A stretch of 64,000 nt of DNA. It comes from Alphaproteobacteria bacterium. GTDB taxonomy: Bacteria > Pseudomonadota > Alphaproteobacteria > UBA8366. The notes under the pieces were generated by a model. The model searched no databases and was not told where the DNA came from. It worked only from the letters and a program-made list of their open reading frames with translations. Position numbers and translations under genes: made by a program. The stretch spans positions 25,223-89,222 of the forward strand of contig JANQKC010000031.1 in assembly GCA_028281325.1 (NCBI GenBank), given 5' to 3'. Below are positions 53,279 to 63,803 of the stretch, piece by piece; positions within the stretch are counted from its first letter, which is position 1; each line of letters opens with the position of its first letter.

Positions 53279-55252
53279 CTAGCCGCCCAGCCACCACGGC
53301 ATATCGACGACCGTCTGCAACAGGCCCGGCGGATACCGCAGGGTCAGGAAGTGCGACATGATGCCGAGGAAGGATACGCCTGCGATCCCCAGGGCCGCGT
53401 TTCGCAGCATCGACCCATCGGCCTTTTTCGTGATGAAGATGAAGATGAACAGGGCGCAGCCGATCGGGAAGCCGACAAGCGCCACGATCGCCAGCATGCC
53501 GACGATCCAGCCCAAATAATGATACTCGTTATGCTCGGCTGCTAATCCGCGCTCATTGTCGTAGAGAACGGCGTTCGCCGCTTTCTGCCGGATGATGGAT
53601 ATGACGAGCGGGATCGACAGGGCCAAGCTGATGATCGAAACGGTCATCGGGAAGACCGCGCCGCGCGGATGATACTGGAAGCTGTCGATCAGGGCGAACA
53701 CGGCAAAGGCAACGACGGCCCCGGCGAACACGAGCTGCGGCCTCTTGTTACCGAAACCGTGCGGCCCTTCCTGCTCGTAGGTTTTGCCGCGGTTCGGCGA
53801 GAAACGCCACGCCGAGTAGATCGAGAGAATCGTGAGTATCAGCAGCACGATCACGATCGGGCGTTCGAAGAAGCTCCAACCATAGACCTGAGCCGCCTGG
53901 TAAATCTTCGGCTCAAGGCGCGGCGCCAGGAAGTAGCCGATCAGCAGCGCCGGCCGCGACCAACCGAACCGTTTCATGAAACAGCCCAGCGTGCCCATGA
54001 CCAACAGGGCGATCAGGTCCTGCCAGTCGCGGGTTGCCTGAAAGGCCGCGAAGAAGATCAGCATGATCATGAACGGCGCCAGCAGCGCGTAGCGGATTGT
54101 GGTCAGCAGGGCCACATAGTTGGCCAAGGCGAGGCATAGTCCGGCGCCGATGACGTTGGCGAGGGCCAGCGACCAGATCATCACGAAGGTGAGGTTGAGA
54201 TGCTCGGTGATCATCGTGATGCCGGGCTCGACGCCGACCAGAATAAAGCCGCCGAGCAGGATCGCCATGCTGCCCGATCCGGGAATGCCGAAAAGCAGGG
54301 TCGGGATCAGCGCGCCGCCTTCCTTGGCGTTGTTGGCGGCTTCGGGCGCAAGCACGCCGCGAATGTCGCCTTTGCCGAACCCTTCGCGGTCCTTGGTGGT
54401 TTGAACCACATGCCCGTAGGCGATCCAGTCGACGACCGATCCGCCGAGGCCGGGCAGGGCGCCGACGACGCAGCCGATAACGGCGCAGCGCAGCACGATC
54501 CACTTGTTCCGAAACGCGTCCTGGAAGCCCTGGAACCAACCCTTGCCGAGTTTTCCGGTCTCCGAGATTGCCGTTCCCCGCCGAAGCAGGTCGACGATCT
54601 CCGGCAGGGCGAACATGCCGAGGCCGACGATCACGATGGGGATGCCTTCGCTGAGATAGATGGACCCCATCGTCATGCGGAACTCGCCGGTGGCCGGTGC
54701 GGCGCCGATGCTGCCGAGCAGCAGGCCGAAGGTGCAGGTCGCGAGTCCTTTCAGCGCACTGGTGCCGGTCAGCATGCCGATCATGCTGAGCGCCAGAACG
54801 ATCAAGAGAAGCTGCTCGCCGAAACCCATGGCGAGAATAATTGGCCGGGCGGCGAAGATCGCACCCGTCAGGACCATGGCGCCGAACAGCCCGCCGAACA
54901 AGGACGCCGTGAAGGCGGCGCCAAGCGCGCGCGCGCCTTCGCCACGTTTGGACAGCGGAAAACCGTCGACGACCGTTGCCTGTGATCCCGCGGTGCCGGG
55001 TATCCCCATGAGCACCGATGGAAAGGTGTCTGATGTCGTGGTTGGCGCGAGAAGGCCGATCATCATCGACAAGGCGTGCGACTCTTCCATGCCGAAGATA
55101 AACGGCAGGATAATCGACAAGCCGGCAATGCCGCCAAGCCCCGGCAGAATACCTACGACAAGACCCAGCATCGTTCCCAAGACCAGGAAGAACAGGTGGG
55201 TCGGCGTAAACATGTCCGTAAGGGCTTGGAAAAAGAAATCGACTTCAGGCAT
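53279..55252 (-). CDS. tctA: tripartite tricarboxylate transporter large permease TctA with a fused C-terminal TctB-like 4-TM module
   Basis: 657 aa. The first ~500 aa are typical TctA (LGLVVGILPGLGGIAGLSIILPF, GALPGLGGSVVDWIAYG). The extra ~150 aa contain four further hydrophobic helices (PIVIVLLILTILSIYSAW..., LVFAGAVVAFAVFALI, VFPMTVSIISLALSIPLVI, LGWIVGMLAIVALVGFPIGCALFIFIFI). No separate tctB gene is adjacent. Confidence 0.85.
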   Translation of the reverse strand: MPEVDFFFQALTDMFTPTHLFFLVLGTMLGLVVGILPGLGGIAGLSIILPFIFGMEESHALSMMIGLLAPTTTSDTFPSVLMGIPGTAGSQATVVDGFPLSKRGEGARALGAAFTASLFGGLFGAMVLTGAIFAARPIILAMGFGEQLLLIVLALSMIGMLTGTSALKGLATCTFGLLLGSIGAAPATGEFRMTMGSIYLSEGIPIVIVGLGMFALPEIVDLLRRGTAISETGKLGKGWFQGFQDAFRNKWIVLRCAVIGCVVGALPGLGGSVVDWIAYGHVVQTTKDREGFGKGDIRGVLAPEAANNAKEGGALIPTLLFGIPGSGSMAILLGGFILVGVEPGITMITEHLNLTFVMIWSLALANVIGAGLCLALANYVALLTTIRYALLAPFMIMLIFFAAFQATRDWQDLIALLVMGTLGCFMKRFGWSRPALLIGYFLAPRLEPKIYQAAQVYGWSFFERPIVIVLLILTILSIYSAWRFSPNRGKTYEQEGPHGFGNKRPQLVFAGAVVAFAVFALIDSFQYHPRGAVFPMTVSIISLALSIPLVISIIRQKAANAVLYDNERGLAAEHNEYHYLGWIVGMLAIVALVGFPIGCALFIFIFITKKADGSMLRNAALGIAGVSFLGIMSHFLTLRYPPGLLQTVVDMPWWLGG

Positions 55253-55407
55253 GGCCGGTTCCTACGTTGCCGCTTGTCCGAGCATAGCTCGAAGGTGCGG
55301 GACTATTATTACAGTGATTTATGGAGCGCGGTCGATTCCGCGCACTATGCCCCAGCGCCCGGCGGAAAGCCGCCGGGCGCTGAAACGTAGTTCAATAGAG
55401 ACTCGGC

Positions 55408-56538
55408 CTACTTGCCGAGCGTCACGCCGTAGCGGGCCTGGACGTAGTTACCCAGCCACTTCTTGGCGTTCGGTGAAAGCGTCGTCGCGGCGTCGCGAAT
55501 TGCGAAGGCGCCGTCACCAATGGTCTGCGGATAAGGTCCGAACATCTTGTCACGCTTCGCGATGAAGTCCGGATCTTCCAACATCTTCTTGGCTGCGGTG
55601 CGGTACGCCTCGACGATGTCTTTCGGCGTGCCGGCCGGCAGGTTCCAAGATTTCGACATGGTCACGCTCATCTGATAGAGCGAATACCACGCTTCAAACG
55701 CATCGCCGTCCGGCTTCTTACCGTTAACGGCCTCGTACACTTCCATGAAGTGCGGAACGTTCGGAAGCGCCGGATCGCGCACGATCGTGCCGTCTTCATT
55801 CACCACACCGAGGGTGTAGAGCGGAATGGCGATGCCGTCGGCGATCAGCTTCTTGCGGTTGTTCTTGAACGACAGCGTGTTGTCGTAGTTCACGGTGAAC
55901 TCGCCGCGTTCGAAGGCGAGCGCCATCGGGCCGTTACCTTTCATGCCCCAGACGCTCTTGACCTCGATGCCGAGCATGCTCAGCGCGACACGCAGGTTCA
56001 AGCCGCCCGACGTCGGCGTCTTACCGCCGAAAATCAACTCGTCCGGCGTGAAGGACCGCATCTTTTCGATCTTCGCCTTGATCGTCTTTTCGTCCTGAAT
56101 GCCGAGATCCTTCCGCACATACTGCGTGATGCCGCGCGGCGACAGGATGACGGGAATGAACTCGTTCAGTTTGAACTTCACGCGCGGATCGCCGAGCGCA
56201 AAGTTCGAGATGGTCGAGGTGGACAGCGCGAAGACCGTTTCGCCATCCGGCTTGGCCCTCTGCTGGAAGAAGTTACCGCCGAGGATGCCACCGGCGCCCG
56301 GCTTGTTCACGACCAGAATCCTCGGGTTGCCCGGAAGATATTTCTGGAAGTACGGTTGCATGAAGCGCGTGTAGCTATCGGTTCCGCCACCTTCGTTGAA
56401 CGGAACGATAACGGTAATGCGCTTACCCGAGAAATCGGCTGCAACGGCATCCTGCGCCGACACCGCTGTCATGCCGATGGCCGCGCCAGCGATGGCAAAA
56501 GCCCCCGCCACGCCGCCAAGCGTCGTTTTCTTGAACAT
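55408..56538 (-). CDS. tctC: TTT-family (Bug/TctC-like) periplasmic substrate-binding protein
   Basis: 376 aa with the signal peptide MFKKTTLGGVAGAFAIAGAAIGMTAVSAQDAVA. The family core is KRITVIVPFNEGGGTDSYTRF...VVNKPGAGGILG...KPDGETVF. Confidence 0.8.
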   Translation of the reverse strand: MFKKTTLGGVAGAFAIAGAAIGMTAVSAQDAVAADFSGKRITVIVPFNEGGGTDSYTRFMQPYFQKYLPGNPRILVVNKPGAGGILGGNFFQQRAKPDGETVFALSTSTISNFALGDPRVKFKLNEFIPVILSPRGITQYVRKDLGIQDEKTIKAKIEKMRSFTPDELIFGGKTPTSGGLNLRVALSMLGIEVKSVWGMKGNGPMALAFERGEFTVNYDNTLSFKNNRKKLIADGIAIPLYTLGVVNEDGTIVRDPALPNVPHFMEVYEAVNGKKPDGDAFEAWYSLYQMSVTMSKSWNLPAGTPKDIVEAYRTAAKKMLEDPDFIAKRDKMFGPYPQTIGDGAFAIRDAATTLSPNAKKWLGNYVQARYGVTLGK

Positions 56539-56918
56539 TCCTTACAAACCTCCCTGTCGAAGTTCGACATACAAATGATGCCGATTGAATTTCTGGAGTG
56601 TACCTGAAAGGGCACCTAACCGCCTAATGCAGGTTCTCTCCAGGCAATCGACACCTTGGATACATTTCCACACGTTAAACAACCTTGCCCGCATGTGGCA
56701 AGCACAGTGCTGATATTCGCGGAAAGATTCTCCGCTAAACAGTACTATAATAGCCATCATTTTGACATATCACCTTCTTAAGATTGCGAGACATATCTTT
56801 ACGTCAACTTCTGATTATTTCGATTTACACTATCTATGCTTTCCTTGACAGGCAGTGCGGAAGCGCACTGCAATGGCGGGGAAGTCCGAATCGAATGCGA
56901 AATCAGTCTGAGGCGTCC

Positions 56919-57875
56919 ATGTCCGATCTACCGCAACGTATAGATGTGCAAGAAGAAGGTCCGCGCGAAGGGTTCCAATTCGAGAAGGGGCCGATTGCGA
57001 CGGCGCGCAAGATCGAGTTGATCGACGCCTTGTCGGAGACCGGGTTAAGCGAAATTCAGGTTGCATCCTATGTGAACCCGAAACGCGTACCGGGTTGGGC
57101 GGATGTCGAGGATGTCGTTTCCGGCATCAACCGCCGCGACGGCGTGCGCTACACGGCCCTTTGGCTCAATGAGCGGGGTTTGGAGCGCGCCTTGGCGGCG
57201 GAGGGGCTCTTCCTGAAAGGATCGATTTCCACATCGGCGTCGGAAACCTTCATGAAGCTCAACCAGAACCGCGGCTATGCGGATAACGAAACGGTTCAAC
57301 ACAATCAGGTCGCGCTCTACAAGGCGCATGGGATTACCTATTTCCGCGGCTCGATGATGGCGGCCTTCGGTTGCAACTTCGAAGGCGACGTGCCGATTGC
57401 GCGCGTGATCGAACAGGCCGAGGTCATTCGCCGCATCGCGGATGAAAATGACGTGGCGGTTGATATCCTGTCGCTGGCGGACACCATGGCCTGGGCGACG
57501 CCGGAATCGGTCAAGCGGGTCGTCGGCGCGGTGCGCGACCGCTGGCCCGATTGGCGCATCACCTTGCATCTTCACGATACCCGCGGCCTGGGCGTTGCGA
57601 ACGCGTATGCCGGGCTGCAGATGGGCGTCGACAGTTTCGATTCGAGCGTCGCCGGTTTAGGCGGCTGTCCTTTCGCCGGACACAAAGGGGCTGCCGGCAA
57701 CGTCTGCACCGAGGATCTCGTGTTCATGTGCCAGGAAATGGGGATCGACACCGGCATCGACCTTGAGGCGTTGTTGGAGGCGGCGCGATTGGCCGAAGAC
57801 GTGGTCGGACATGATTTGCCAGGGTCGGTGAAGCGCGGCGGAAGCCTGAACGCCTTGCGCCAAAAACTGCACTGA
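56919..57875 (+). CDS. hydroxymethylglutaryl-CoA lyase family (HMGL-like) protein
   Basis: The likely start is ATG 56919 (GAGG 5 nt upstream) within ORF 56784..57875. Motifs: IDVQEEGPREGFQFEKG, VASYVNPKRVPGWAD, TLHLHDTRGLGVANAYAGLQMG, GLGGCPFA. Confidence 0.85.
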   Translation: MSDLPQRIDVQEEGPREGFQFEKGPIATARKIELIDALSETGLSEIQVASYVNPKRVPGWADVEDVVSGINRRDGVRYTALWLNERGLERALAAEGLFLKGSISTSASETFMKLNQNRGYADNETVQHNQVALYKAHGITYFRGSMMAAFGCNFEGDVPIARVIEQAEVIRRIADENDVAVDILSLADTMAWATPESVKRVVGAVRDRWPDWRITLHLHDTRGLGVANAYAGLQMGVDSFDSSVAGLGGCPFAGHKGAAGNVCTEDLVFMCQEMGIDTGIDLEALLEAARLAEDVVGHDLPGSVKRGGSLNALRQKLH

Positions 57876-58140
57876 TCCCAGCTACCGCCGCACGCTAAGG
57901 CGCACTCTTTTCTGCTCGTTTTTTGACGGCCGGAATCGTGCTGCCGATCCCAACGCGACCCAACGGATTCGCATGGATCGGGTGGGCCGATCCGGTCAAA
58001 TGACTTGCTTCCCTCCACCGTCGCAGCCTAGCATTGTATTGAAAATAAAAGCGCACCGTACGGCGGTAGCTTAAAAAACGTTCGCGACAAATGACTTAAA
58101 GAATAAGCGCGAACGCAACTCAAAATGTGGAGGAAGGCTG

Positions 58141-59178
58141 ATGACACCGGGAAAATTCACCCTTGATCGCCGCACCATGTTGCAGGGAGGCGCGGCCGCG
58201 GTTGGCGGTGCGGCGTTGACGGCGTCCCCGTTGGCGGGCGCATTCGCCGACACGTTTCCATCGCGGAATCTGAGCGTCATGGTCGCGACCCGTGAAGGTG
58301 GCGGGGCGGACCGGAATCTCCGGGCTTTCTGGGGCGTTTGGAAGAAATACCTCAAGACCGATATGGAGGCGTCCTTCTATCCGGGCGCGGCCGGCCGTGT
58401 CGGCTACCAGCAATACATGGGGATCGCCAAGCCGGACGCGTACACGTTGTTGTTCGGCAATATGGGGCCGGAAACCTTGAACTGGGTCGTGAAGAAACCG
58501 TCGGGTTTCGATTTTCCGGGCGACTACATCTATTTCAACCGGGTTGACGTCGACCCAAGCTGTATTTTCGTCGACGCGAAGCGCAGCAAGTTCAAGACGA
58601 TCGACGACATCGTCGCCGAGGGCAAGAAACGCACCTTGAATGTCGGCGTCAGCCGGATCGCGCATCCCGCGTCGCTCGGCGTGCTTGCGCTCGGACGTCA
58701 CACCGGCGCGAAGTTCAACTTGATCCCGCTGTCGGGCGGCAAGAACACCTACGCCGGCGTCAAGTCGGGCGAAATGGACTTCGGCGCACTGCCCATGTCC
58801 GGGACGGCGAAGCGTCACAAGACCTTCAGCACGATGCTCATCTTCGACGACAAGACCTACAGCGACGGCTTGATGAAGAAGCTCAACAATGCGCCGTTGG
58901 TGAACAGGCATTTCGGCATGAAGCTGCCGCCGCTGGTATCGGCCCGCGCCTTCGCCATCAAGACCGAAGCGGTCGAAAAGCACCCGGATCGTTTCAAGAT
59001 TCTCGAGGAGACCGCGGCGAAGGTCTTCAAGGACCCGGATTACAAAGCGGCGGTCGAGAAAGCCAAGGCGCCCTGGGAGTTGATTCGTCATGGCAATGCC
59101 CAGGAATGCGCCGATTACGCCAAGAGCATCATGGCGATCGGCGAACAGTATAAAGACCTGCTGAGCGGCAAGGCCTGA
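58141..59178 (+). CDS. tctC: TTT-family (Bug/TctC-like) substrate-binding protein with a Tat-type signal
   Basis: 345 aa. The twin-arginine leader is FTLDRRTMLQGGAAAVGGAALTASPLAGAFA. The core is NLSVMVATREGGGADRNLR...KPDAYTLLFGNMG. Confidence 0.85.
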   Translation: MTPGKFTLDRRTMLQGGAAAVGGAALTASPLAGAFADTFPSRNLSVMVATREGGGADRNLRAFWGVWKKYLKTDMEASFYPGAAGRVGYQQYMGIAKPDAYTLLFGNMGPETLNWVVKKPSGFDFPGDYIYFNRVDVDPSCIFVDAKRSKFKTIDDIVAEGKKRTLNVGVSRIAHPASLGVLALGRHTGAKFNLIPLSGGKNTYAGVKSGEMDFGALPMSGTAKRHKTFSTMLIFDDKTYSDGLMKKLNNAPLVNRHFGMKLPPLVSARAFAIKTEAVEKHPDRFKILEETAAKVFKDPDYKAAVEKAKAPWELIRHGNAQECADYAKSIMAIGEQYKDLLSGKA

Positions 59179-59402
59179 ACGGCCGACCCGTGGGACCCAA
59201 CCGGCGGCCGGCGTCCCGCAAGGGGGCGCGGCCTCCCCGGGGCGGCGTACGGCGAACATGCGCCCTCGGCGTCATTCGCCTGATGGAAGCGCATGCGTTT
59301 GCCGACGGCGGATTTCGCGTCGTCTGAAATCCTGCCCTCGGCGGGCGTCTTCCGGCTCCCGCCGCGCCGAACCGCGCAAACCGAAACAGGGAAGGGAACC
59401 AA

Positions 59403-59939
59403 ATGTCCGTTGAGCCTTCGCCCGATGGGCCGGGCAAGAAGTCGCTTGGTCCTGATCTGATCATCCCGGTCGGGGCGGTCCTTTTTACCTTGTATTACTT
59501 CTCGACCATCATCGATTCGCCCTGGACGGCCCAGGTGAGTGCGTTTTTCGTGGGCGCGATCCTGTTGCTTCTGTCCTTCGTCTTTCTTGCCGTCACGGGG
59601 CTTCGGGTGGCGCGGGGGCAGGCGGATTTGCGTATGGACGGCCTGCTGGCGCCGCGATCGGTGGCGCTACGCCGATTGGCGTTGTTCGCGCTTACGCTGT
59701 CCTACATCTTCTTTATCGACCGGCTTGGTTTCACGATCACGACCTTCTTGTTCATCTTCCTGGGCATGTTCCTGTTGTCCGGGTGGCAGCGTGCGAAAAA
59801 GCGTCTGATCCTGGCGCTCTCGGCCGTTCTGTCGGTCGGCGGCTATCTGCTGTTCGTGGTGGCCTTCCAACGGCGGTTCCCCGAAGGCCCGTTCGAGCAA
59901 TTGTTCAAGGCGCTTGTCGCCTCCACGGGAGGTGGCTGA
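59403..59939 (+). CDS. tctB: TctB-family small TTT permease subunit
   Basis: 178 aa with four hydrophobic helices. It lies between tctC and tctA, and its stop TGA (59937-59939) is 1 nt before the tctA ATG. Confidence 0.7.
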   Translation: MSVEPSPDGPGKKSLGPDLIIPVGAVLFTLYYFSTIIDSPWTAQVSAFFVGAILLLLSFVFLAVTGLRVARGQADLRMDGLLAPRSVALRRLALFALTLSYIFFIDRLGFTITTFLFIFLGMFLLSGWQRAKKRLILALSAVLSVGGYLLFVVAFQRRFPEGPFEQLFKALVASTGGG

Positions 59940-59940
59940 T

Positions 59941-61500
59941 ATGGACGAGGTCGGCCTTTCCTTTTTCGCGGAGCTTTTCGCCCATACCTTCGGTTTTTGG
60001 TGGGTCATCATTCCCGCCATTTTTCTCGGCCTGATCGTCGGCGCGATCCCGGGGTTCAGCGCCGCCAACACGATCATTATCCTCTTGCCGCTGACCCTGG
60101 CCATGGGCGAAGAGATCGGGCTGGTCTTCATGGTGGCGCTCTATTGCTCGTCGCGGATGGGGGCGGGTATCCCGGCGATCCTGGTCAATATTCCCGGCAC
60201 GGCCGGGGCGGCGGCGACGCCGCTCGACGGCTATCCGATGACGAAGCAGGGGAAGGGACCGCAGGCGCTTGCCATTTCCTTCGTCTCGTCGACCTTCGGC
60301 GGTTTGTTGACCACGATCGTGGTGCTCTTCGTCATGCCGTATGTGGCGCAGGTCGTGTACTACCTGCACAGCGTCGAGATGATCGTGGTCATGCTGTTCG
60401 GCATTTCGCTCATCGCGACCATCGCCGCGCGCGACACGCTCAAGGGGCTGATCGCCGGGTTCTTCGGTTTGATGATCGGGGCGATCGGCGCGGACCATGT
60501 CTACGCCACGCCGCGCGGCACGTTGGGCTTCTTGGAGCTGTATGACGGCGTGCCGTTGATACCCGCGCTTGTCGGATTGTTCGCGATCTCCGAAGCCTTC
60601 CTCATCATCGAAGGCGAATCGATCCTGTCCAAGAAGGGACAAGTATTGATGCGCGACGCCAAATGGGCCGAGACCTTCGAAGGCGCGCGCGAGGCGTTGA
60701 AGCGCTGGTGGCATATCGTCTGGACGAGTCTCATCGGCCTTGTCATCGGCGTGGTGCCCGGCGCGGGCGCGGCGATTGCGTCCTTCGTCGCCTATCAGCA
60801 GTCGAAGACCTTTTCCAAGACGCCCGAACTCTACGGCACCGGCCATGTCGAAGGGCTCGTGGCGCCCGAATCCGCGAATAACGGCGTGACCTCGGGGACG
60901 CTCGTACCGTTGCTCGTGATCGGTATTCCTGGCGGTGCGACGGCGGCGATCATGCTGGTCGTCCTGCAGTTCCATGGCACGACGGTCGGGCCCGACCTCT
61001 TCATCCAGAAGCCGTTGCTGGCCTACGGCGTCTTCTCGTCGATGGCGGTGACTTACGTCCTGATGATCCTGACGGTGTTCCCGCTGGCGCGGTACATGTC
61101 ACGCGTCACCATGGTCTCGACGGTTTATATCGCGCCGGTGATCATTTCCTTCACGCTGGTTGGCTCCTTCGTGCCGCGCGCCTATGTCTTCGATATGTAT
61201 CTGGCCTTGGCCTTCGGGGTGATCGGCTATATCGCCCGCAAGACTGGCTACCATGTCGCCGCCATCCTGATCGGCGTCATCCTCGGGCCCTTGCTCGAAC
61301 AATACTTTCTGCGCGCGCTGAAGATGTCAAAGGGCGACATCATGGTGATATTCTCGTCCAATATCGGCAATGTCCTGTGGGTCTGCCTCCTGCTGTCCCT
61401 GGCGGTTCCGTATCTCAAGGAACGCCATCGGAAACGCAGCGCCGCGCGGGACGCCTTGCGCCGCGGCGAGGAAGCGGAGCTGGGCGGCACGACGGAATAG
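59941..61500 (+). CDS. tctA: TctA-family large TTT permease subunit
   Basis: The likely start is ATG 59941 within ORF 59914..61500. Motifs: FLGLIVGAIPGFSAANTIIILLPLTL, GVVPGAGAAIASFVAYQ, APESANNGVTSGTLVPLL. Confidence 0.9.
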   Translation: MDEVGLSFFAELFAHTFGFWWVIIPAIFLGLIVGAIPGFSAANTIIILLPLTLAMGEEIGLVFMVALYCSSRMGAGIPAILVNIPGTAGAAATPLDGYPMTKQGKGPQALAISFVSSTFGGLLTTIVVLFVMPYVAQVVYYLHSVEMIVVMLFGISLIATIAARDTLKGLIAGFFGLMIGAIGADHVYATPRGTLGFLELYDGVPLIPALVGLFAISEAFLIIEGESILSKKGQVLMRDAKWAETFEGAREALKRWWHIVWTSLIGLVIGVVPGAGAAIASFVAYQQSKTFSKTPELYGTGHVEGLVAPESANNGVTSGTLVPLLVIGIPGGATAAIMLVVLQFHGTTVGPDLFIQKPLLAYGVFSSMAVTYVLMILTVFPLARYMSRVTMVSTVYIAPVIISFTLVGSFVPRAYVFDMYLALAFGVIGYIARKTGYHVAAILIGVILGPLLEQYFLRALKMSKGDIMVIFSSNIGNVLWVCLLLSLAVPYLKERHRKRSAARDALRRGEEAELGGTTE

Positions 61501-61521
61501 ATCGACGAAAGGAAGAGCACG

Positions 61522-62793
61522 ATGGCGCAGCATGCCGTTGCCCACAACGTGAAACGGATCGCCCATCTGGACATGCCGGGCGGCGGCCAGGTGATCGTCG
61601 ACGGGGACTACGCCTTTGTCGGCCACATGGCCCCGCCGCACGGCACCTCGATCATCGACGTGTCGGACCCGAAGAACCCGCGCGTCGTCAGCACGATCGA
61701 ACTCGACGGCGACGAGTCCCACTCCCATAAGGTGCGGGTGAACGGCGACGTGATGATCACCAACGTGGAACGCAACAAACGCCATTTTCGGCGCAAGGGC
61801 GACCGGCTGCCGGCGCTGCGGAAATCGCTGGCGGCGGAATTGGGTCGTCTGCCGAGCGATGCCGACTTGGCGTCGGCGCTGGATGTCGCGGAGGATCAGA
61901 TCGCCGAACTCGATGCGGCGCGCGAGCGCGGCTATCACGACGGCGGATTCCGGCTTTGGGATATCGCCGACAAAACCAGCCCGAAGCTGATTCATCATGA
62001 ACGCACCCACGGGTTCGGCGTTCATCGTTTCGACGCGGACGCTACCCATGCCTATATCTCGACCGAGATGGAGGGCTATGTCGGCAACATCCTCGTGATC
62101 TACGACATCCGCGATCCGGGCAAACCGGCCGAGGTGTCGCGCTGGTGGTTGCCGGGCCAGCACTTGGCCGGCGGCGAGACGCCGACCTGGAAGGGCTACA
62201 GCAACCGGTTGCATCATGCGATGAAGGTGGGGGACGAACTGTGGGGCGCGTTCTGGCATGCGGGGTTTCGGGTGCTCGACGTGTCGGACATGCGAAACCC
62301 GAAGCTTATCGGCGAATACGACTACCATCCGCCGTTCATGGAGCCATCGCACACCATCATGCCGTTGGAATCACCGATCGGCGGGCGGCGGATCGCGATC
62401 GGCGTCGACGAGGAACACGAGCATATCCCGGGACAGGCCCATGCCTGCCTATGGGTGTTCGACGTGACAGACATCGGCAACTTTCGGCCGCTCTCGACAT
62501 TCCATGTCAGCGAAATGGATTCCCCGTGGAGCCGGGCGGCGGGCCGGTTCGGCGCGCATCAGTTTCGCGAGAAGCTCGACGGCACGTTGGTCTACGTCAC
62601 TTGGTTCAGCGGTGGGGTACGGATCGTCGACGTGGCGAACCCGAGGGTTCCGCGCGAGGTGGGCGCTTTCATCCCCGAGCCGGTCGAGGGCGAGGCGAGC
62701 CCGCAAAGCAACGATGTCGAGGTGGACGAGCGCGGCCTGATCTACCTGATCGACCGTAACAACGGGTTTGATATTCTGGAATACGAAGGATAG
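61522..62793 (+). CDS. LVIVD-repeat beta-propeller protein (function unknown)
   Basis: 423 aa with repeated LVIVD-type blades: GTSIIDVSDPKNPRVV, GFRLWDIADKTSPKLI, ILVIYDIRDPGKPAEV, GFRVLDVSDMRNPKLIG, GGVRIVDVANPRVPREVG. Confidence 0.7.
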   Translation: MAQHAVAHNVKRIAHLDMPGGGQVIVDGDYAFVGHMAPPHGTSIIDVSDPKNPRVVSTIELDGDESHSHKVRVNGDVMITNVERNKRHFRRKGDRLPALRKSLAAELGRLPSDADLASALDVAEDQIAELDAARERGYHDGGFRLWDIADKTSPKLIHHERTHGFGVHRFDADATHAYISTEMEGYVGNILVIYDIRDPGKPAEVSRWWLPGQHLAGGETPTWKGYSNRLHHAMKVGDELWGAFWHAGFRVLDVSDMRNPKLIGEYDYHPPFMEPSHTIMPLESPIGGRRIAIGVDEEHEHIPGQAHACLWVFDVTDIGNFRPLSTFHVSEMDSPWSRAAGRFGAHQFREKLDGTLVYVTWFSGGVRIVDVANPRVPREVGAFIPEPVEGEASPQSNDVEVDERGLIYLIDRNNGFDILEYEG

Positions 62794-63789
62794 GTGAACA
62801 GGATGGAGTATCGTGAACTCGGCAGAACGGGAGCGCAGGTGTCGGCGATCGGTCTCGGGTGCGCCGGTTTCTCGCCCGATGGTTTGGCGCGTGACGACGA
62901 AGGCGGTATCGCGACGATACGCCGGGCGCTGGACCTGGGCGTCACCCTGCTGGACAGTTCGGACGCCTATGGCGGCGGGCATAACGAGGAATTGGTCGGC
63001 CGGGCCATCGCCGACCGTCGCGACGATGTCTTCCTGACCACGAAGTTCGGCAATATCCGCGGTCCGCAGGGGCAGCGCGGCGGCACCAATGGCCGGCCGG
63101 ACTATGTGCCGGTCGCCTGCGACGCGAGCCTCAAGCGCCTCGGCGTCGACGTGATCGATCTGTACTACCTGCACCGGGTCGACCCGGAGGTGCCGATCGA
63201 GGAGACGGTCGGTGCGATGGCCCGGCTGGTCGAGGCGGGCAAGGTCCGCTTCCTGGGGTTGTCCGAGGCCAAGCCCGATATCCTGCGCCGCGGCCATGCG
63301 GTGCATCCCATTTCGGCATTGGAATCCGAATATTCGCTGTGGTCGCGCGAGCCGGAGTTGGAGATCATGCCGGCCTGCCGGGAATTCGGCGTGACCTATG
63401 TCGCCTATTCGCCGCTCGGCCGCGGCTTTCTCAGCGGCGCGGTGCGGCAGGTCGACGATCTGCCCGCGGGAGACCGGCGGCACGACCACCCGCGCTTCCA
63501 CGACGAGAATCTGAACCGGAATCTAGCGCTGCTGGAACCGCTCGATGCGTTGGCCGCCGAAAAAGGCTGCACGCAAGCGCAGATCGCGCTGGCCTGGGTG
63601 CTGTCGCGCGGCGAGGGTGTGGTGCCGATTCCCGGCAGCCGCCGGCAAGAGCACCTGGAGAGCAACGTCGCGGCCTTGGACATTTCCTTGAGCGAGGCCG
63701 ATTGCGCCGCGTTGGAAGCGGTGTTCGAGATCGGCGCGACGCAAGGCACCCGCTATCCGGAAAGCCAGATGAAGCTGATGAGTTTCTGA
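62794..63789 (+). CDS. aldo/keto reductase
   Basis: 331 aa, with a GTG start at 62794 or ATG at 62803. Motifs: [81 protein letters not shown]. Confidence 0.9.
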   Translation: MNRMEYRELGRTGAQVSAIGLGCAGFSPDGLARDDEGGIATIRRALDLGVTLLDSSDAYGGGHNEELVGRAIADRRDDVFLTTKFGNIRGPQGQRGGTNGRPDYVPVACDASLKRLGVDVIDLYYLHRVDPEVPIEETVGAMARLVEAGKVRFLGLSEAKPDILRRGHAVHPISALESEYSLWSREPELEIMPACREFGVTYVAYSPLGRGFLSGAVRQVDDLPAGDRRHDHPRFHDENLNRNLALLEPLDALAAEKGCTQAQIALAWVLSRGEGVVPIPGSRRQEHLESNVAALDISLSEADCAALEAVFEIGATQGTRYPESQMKLMSF

Positions 63790-63803
63790 CGGTCGCGAAC
63801 ACC

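Noticed and set aside
55750-63501. Antisense ORFs in the transporter/metabolic region (55750-56607, 57045-57575, 58120-59259, 59905-60975, 61327-62352, 62449-63501).
   Set aside because: Same reasoning as above: they lie opposite genes with strong TctC, TctA, HMGL, LVIVD or AKR motifs.
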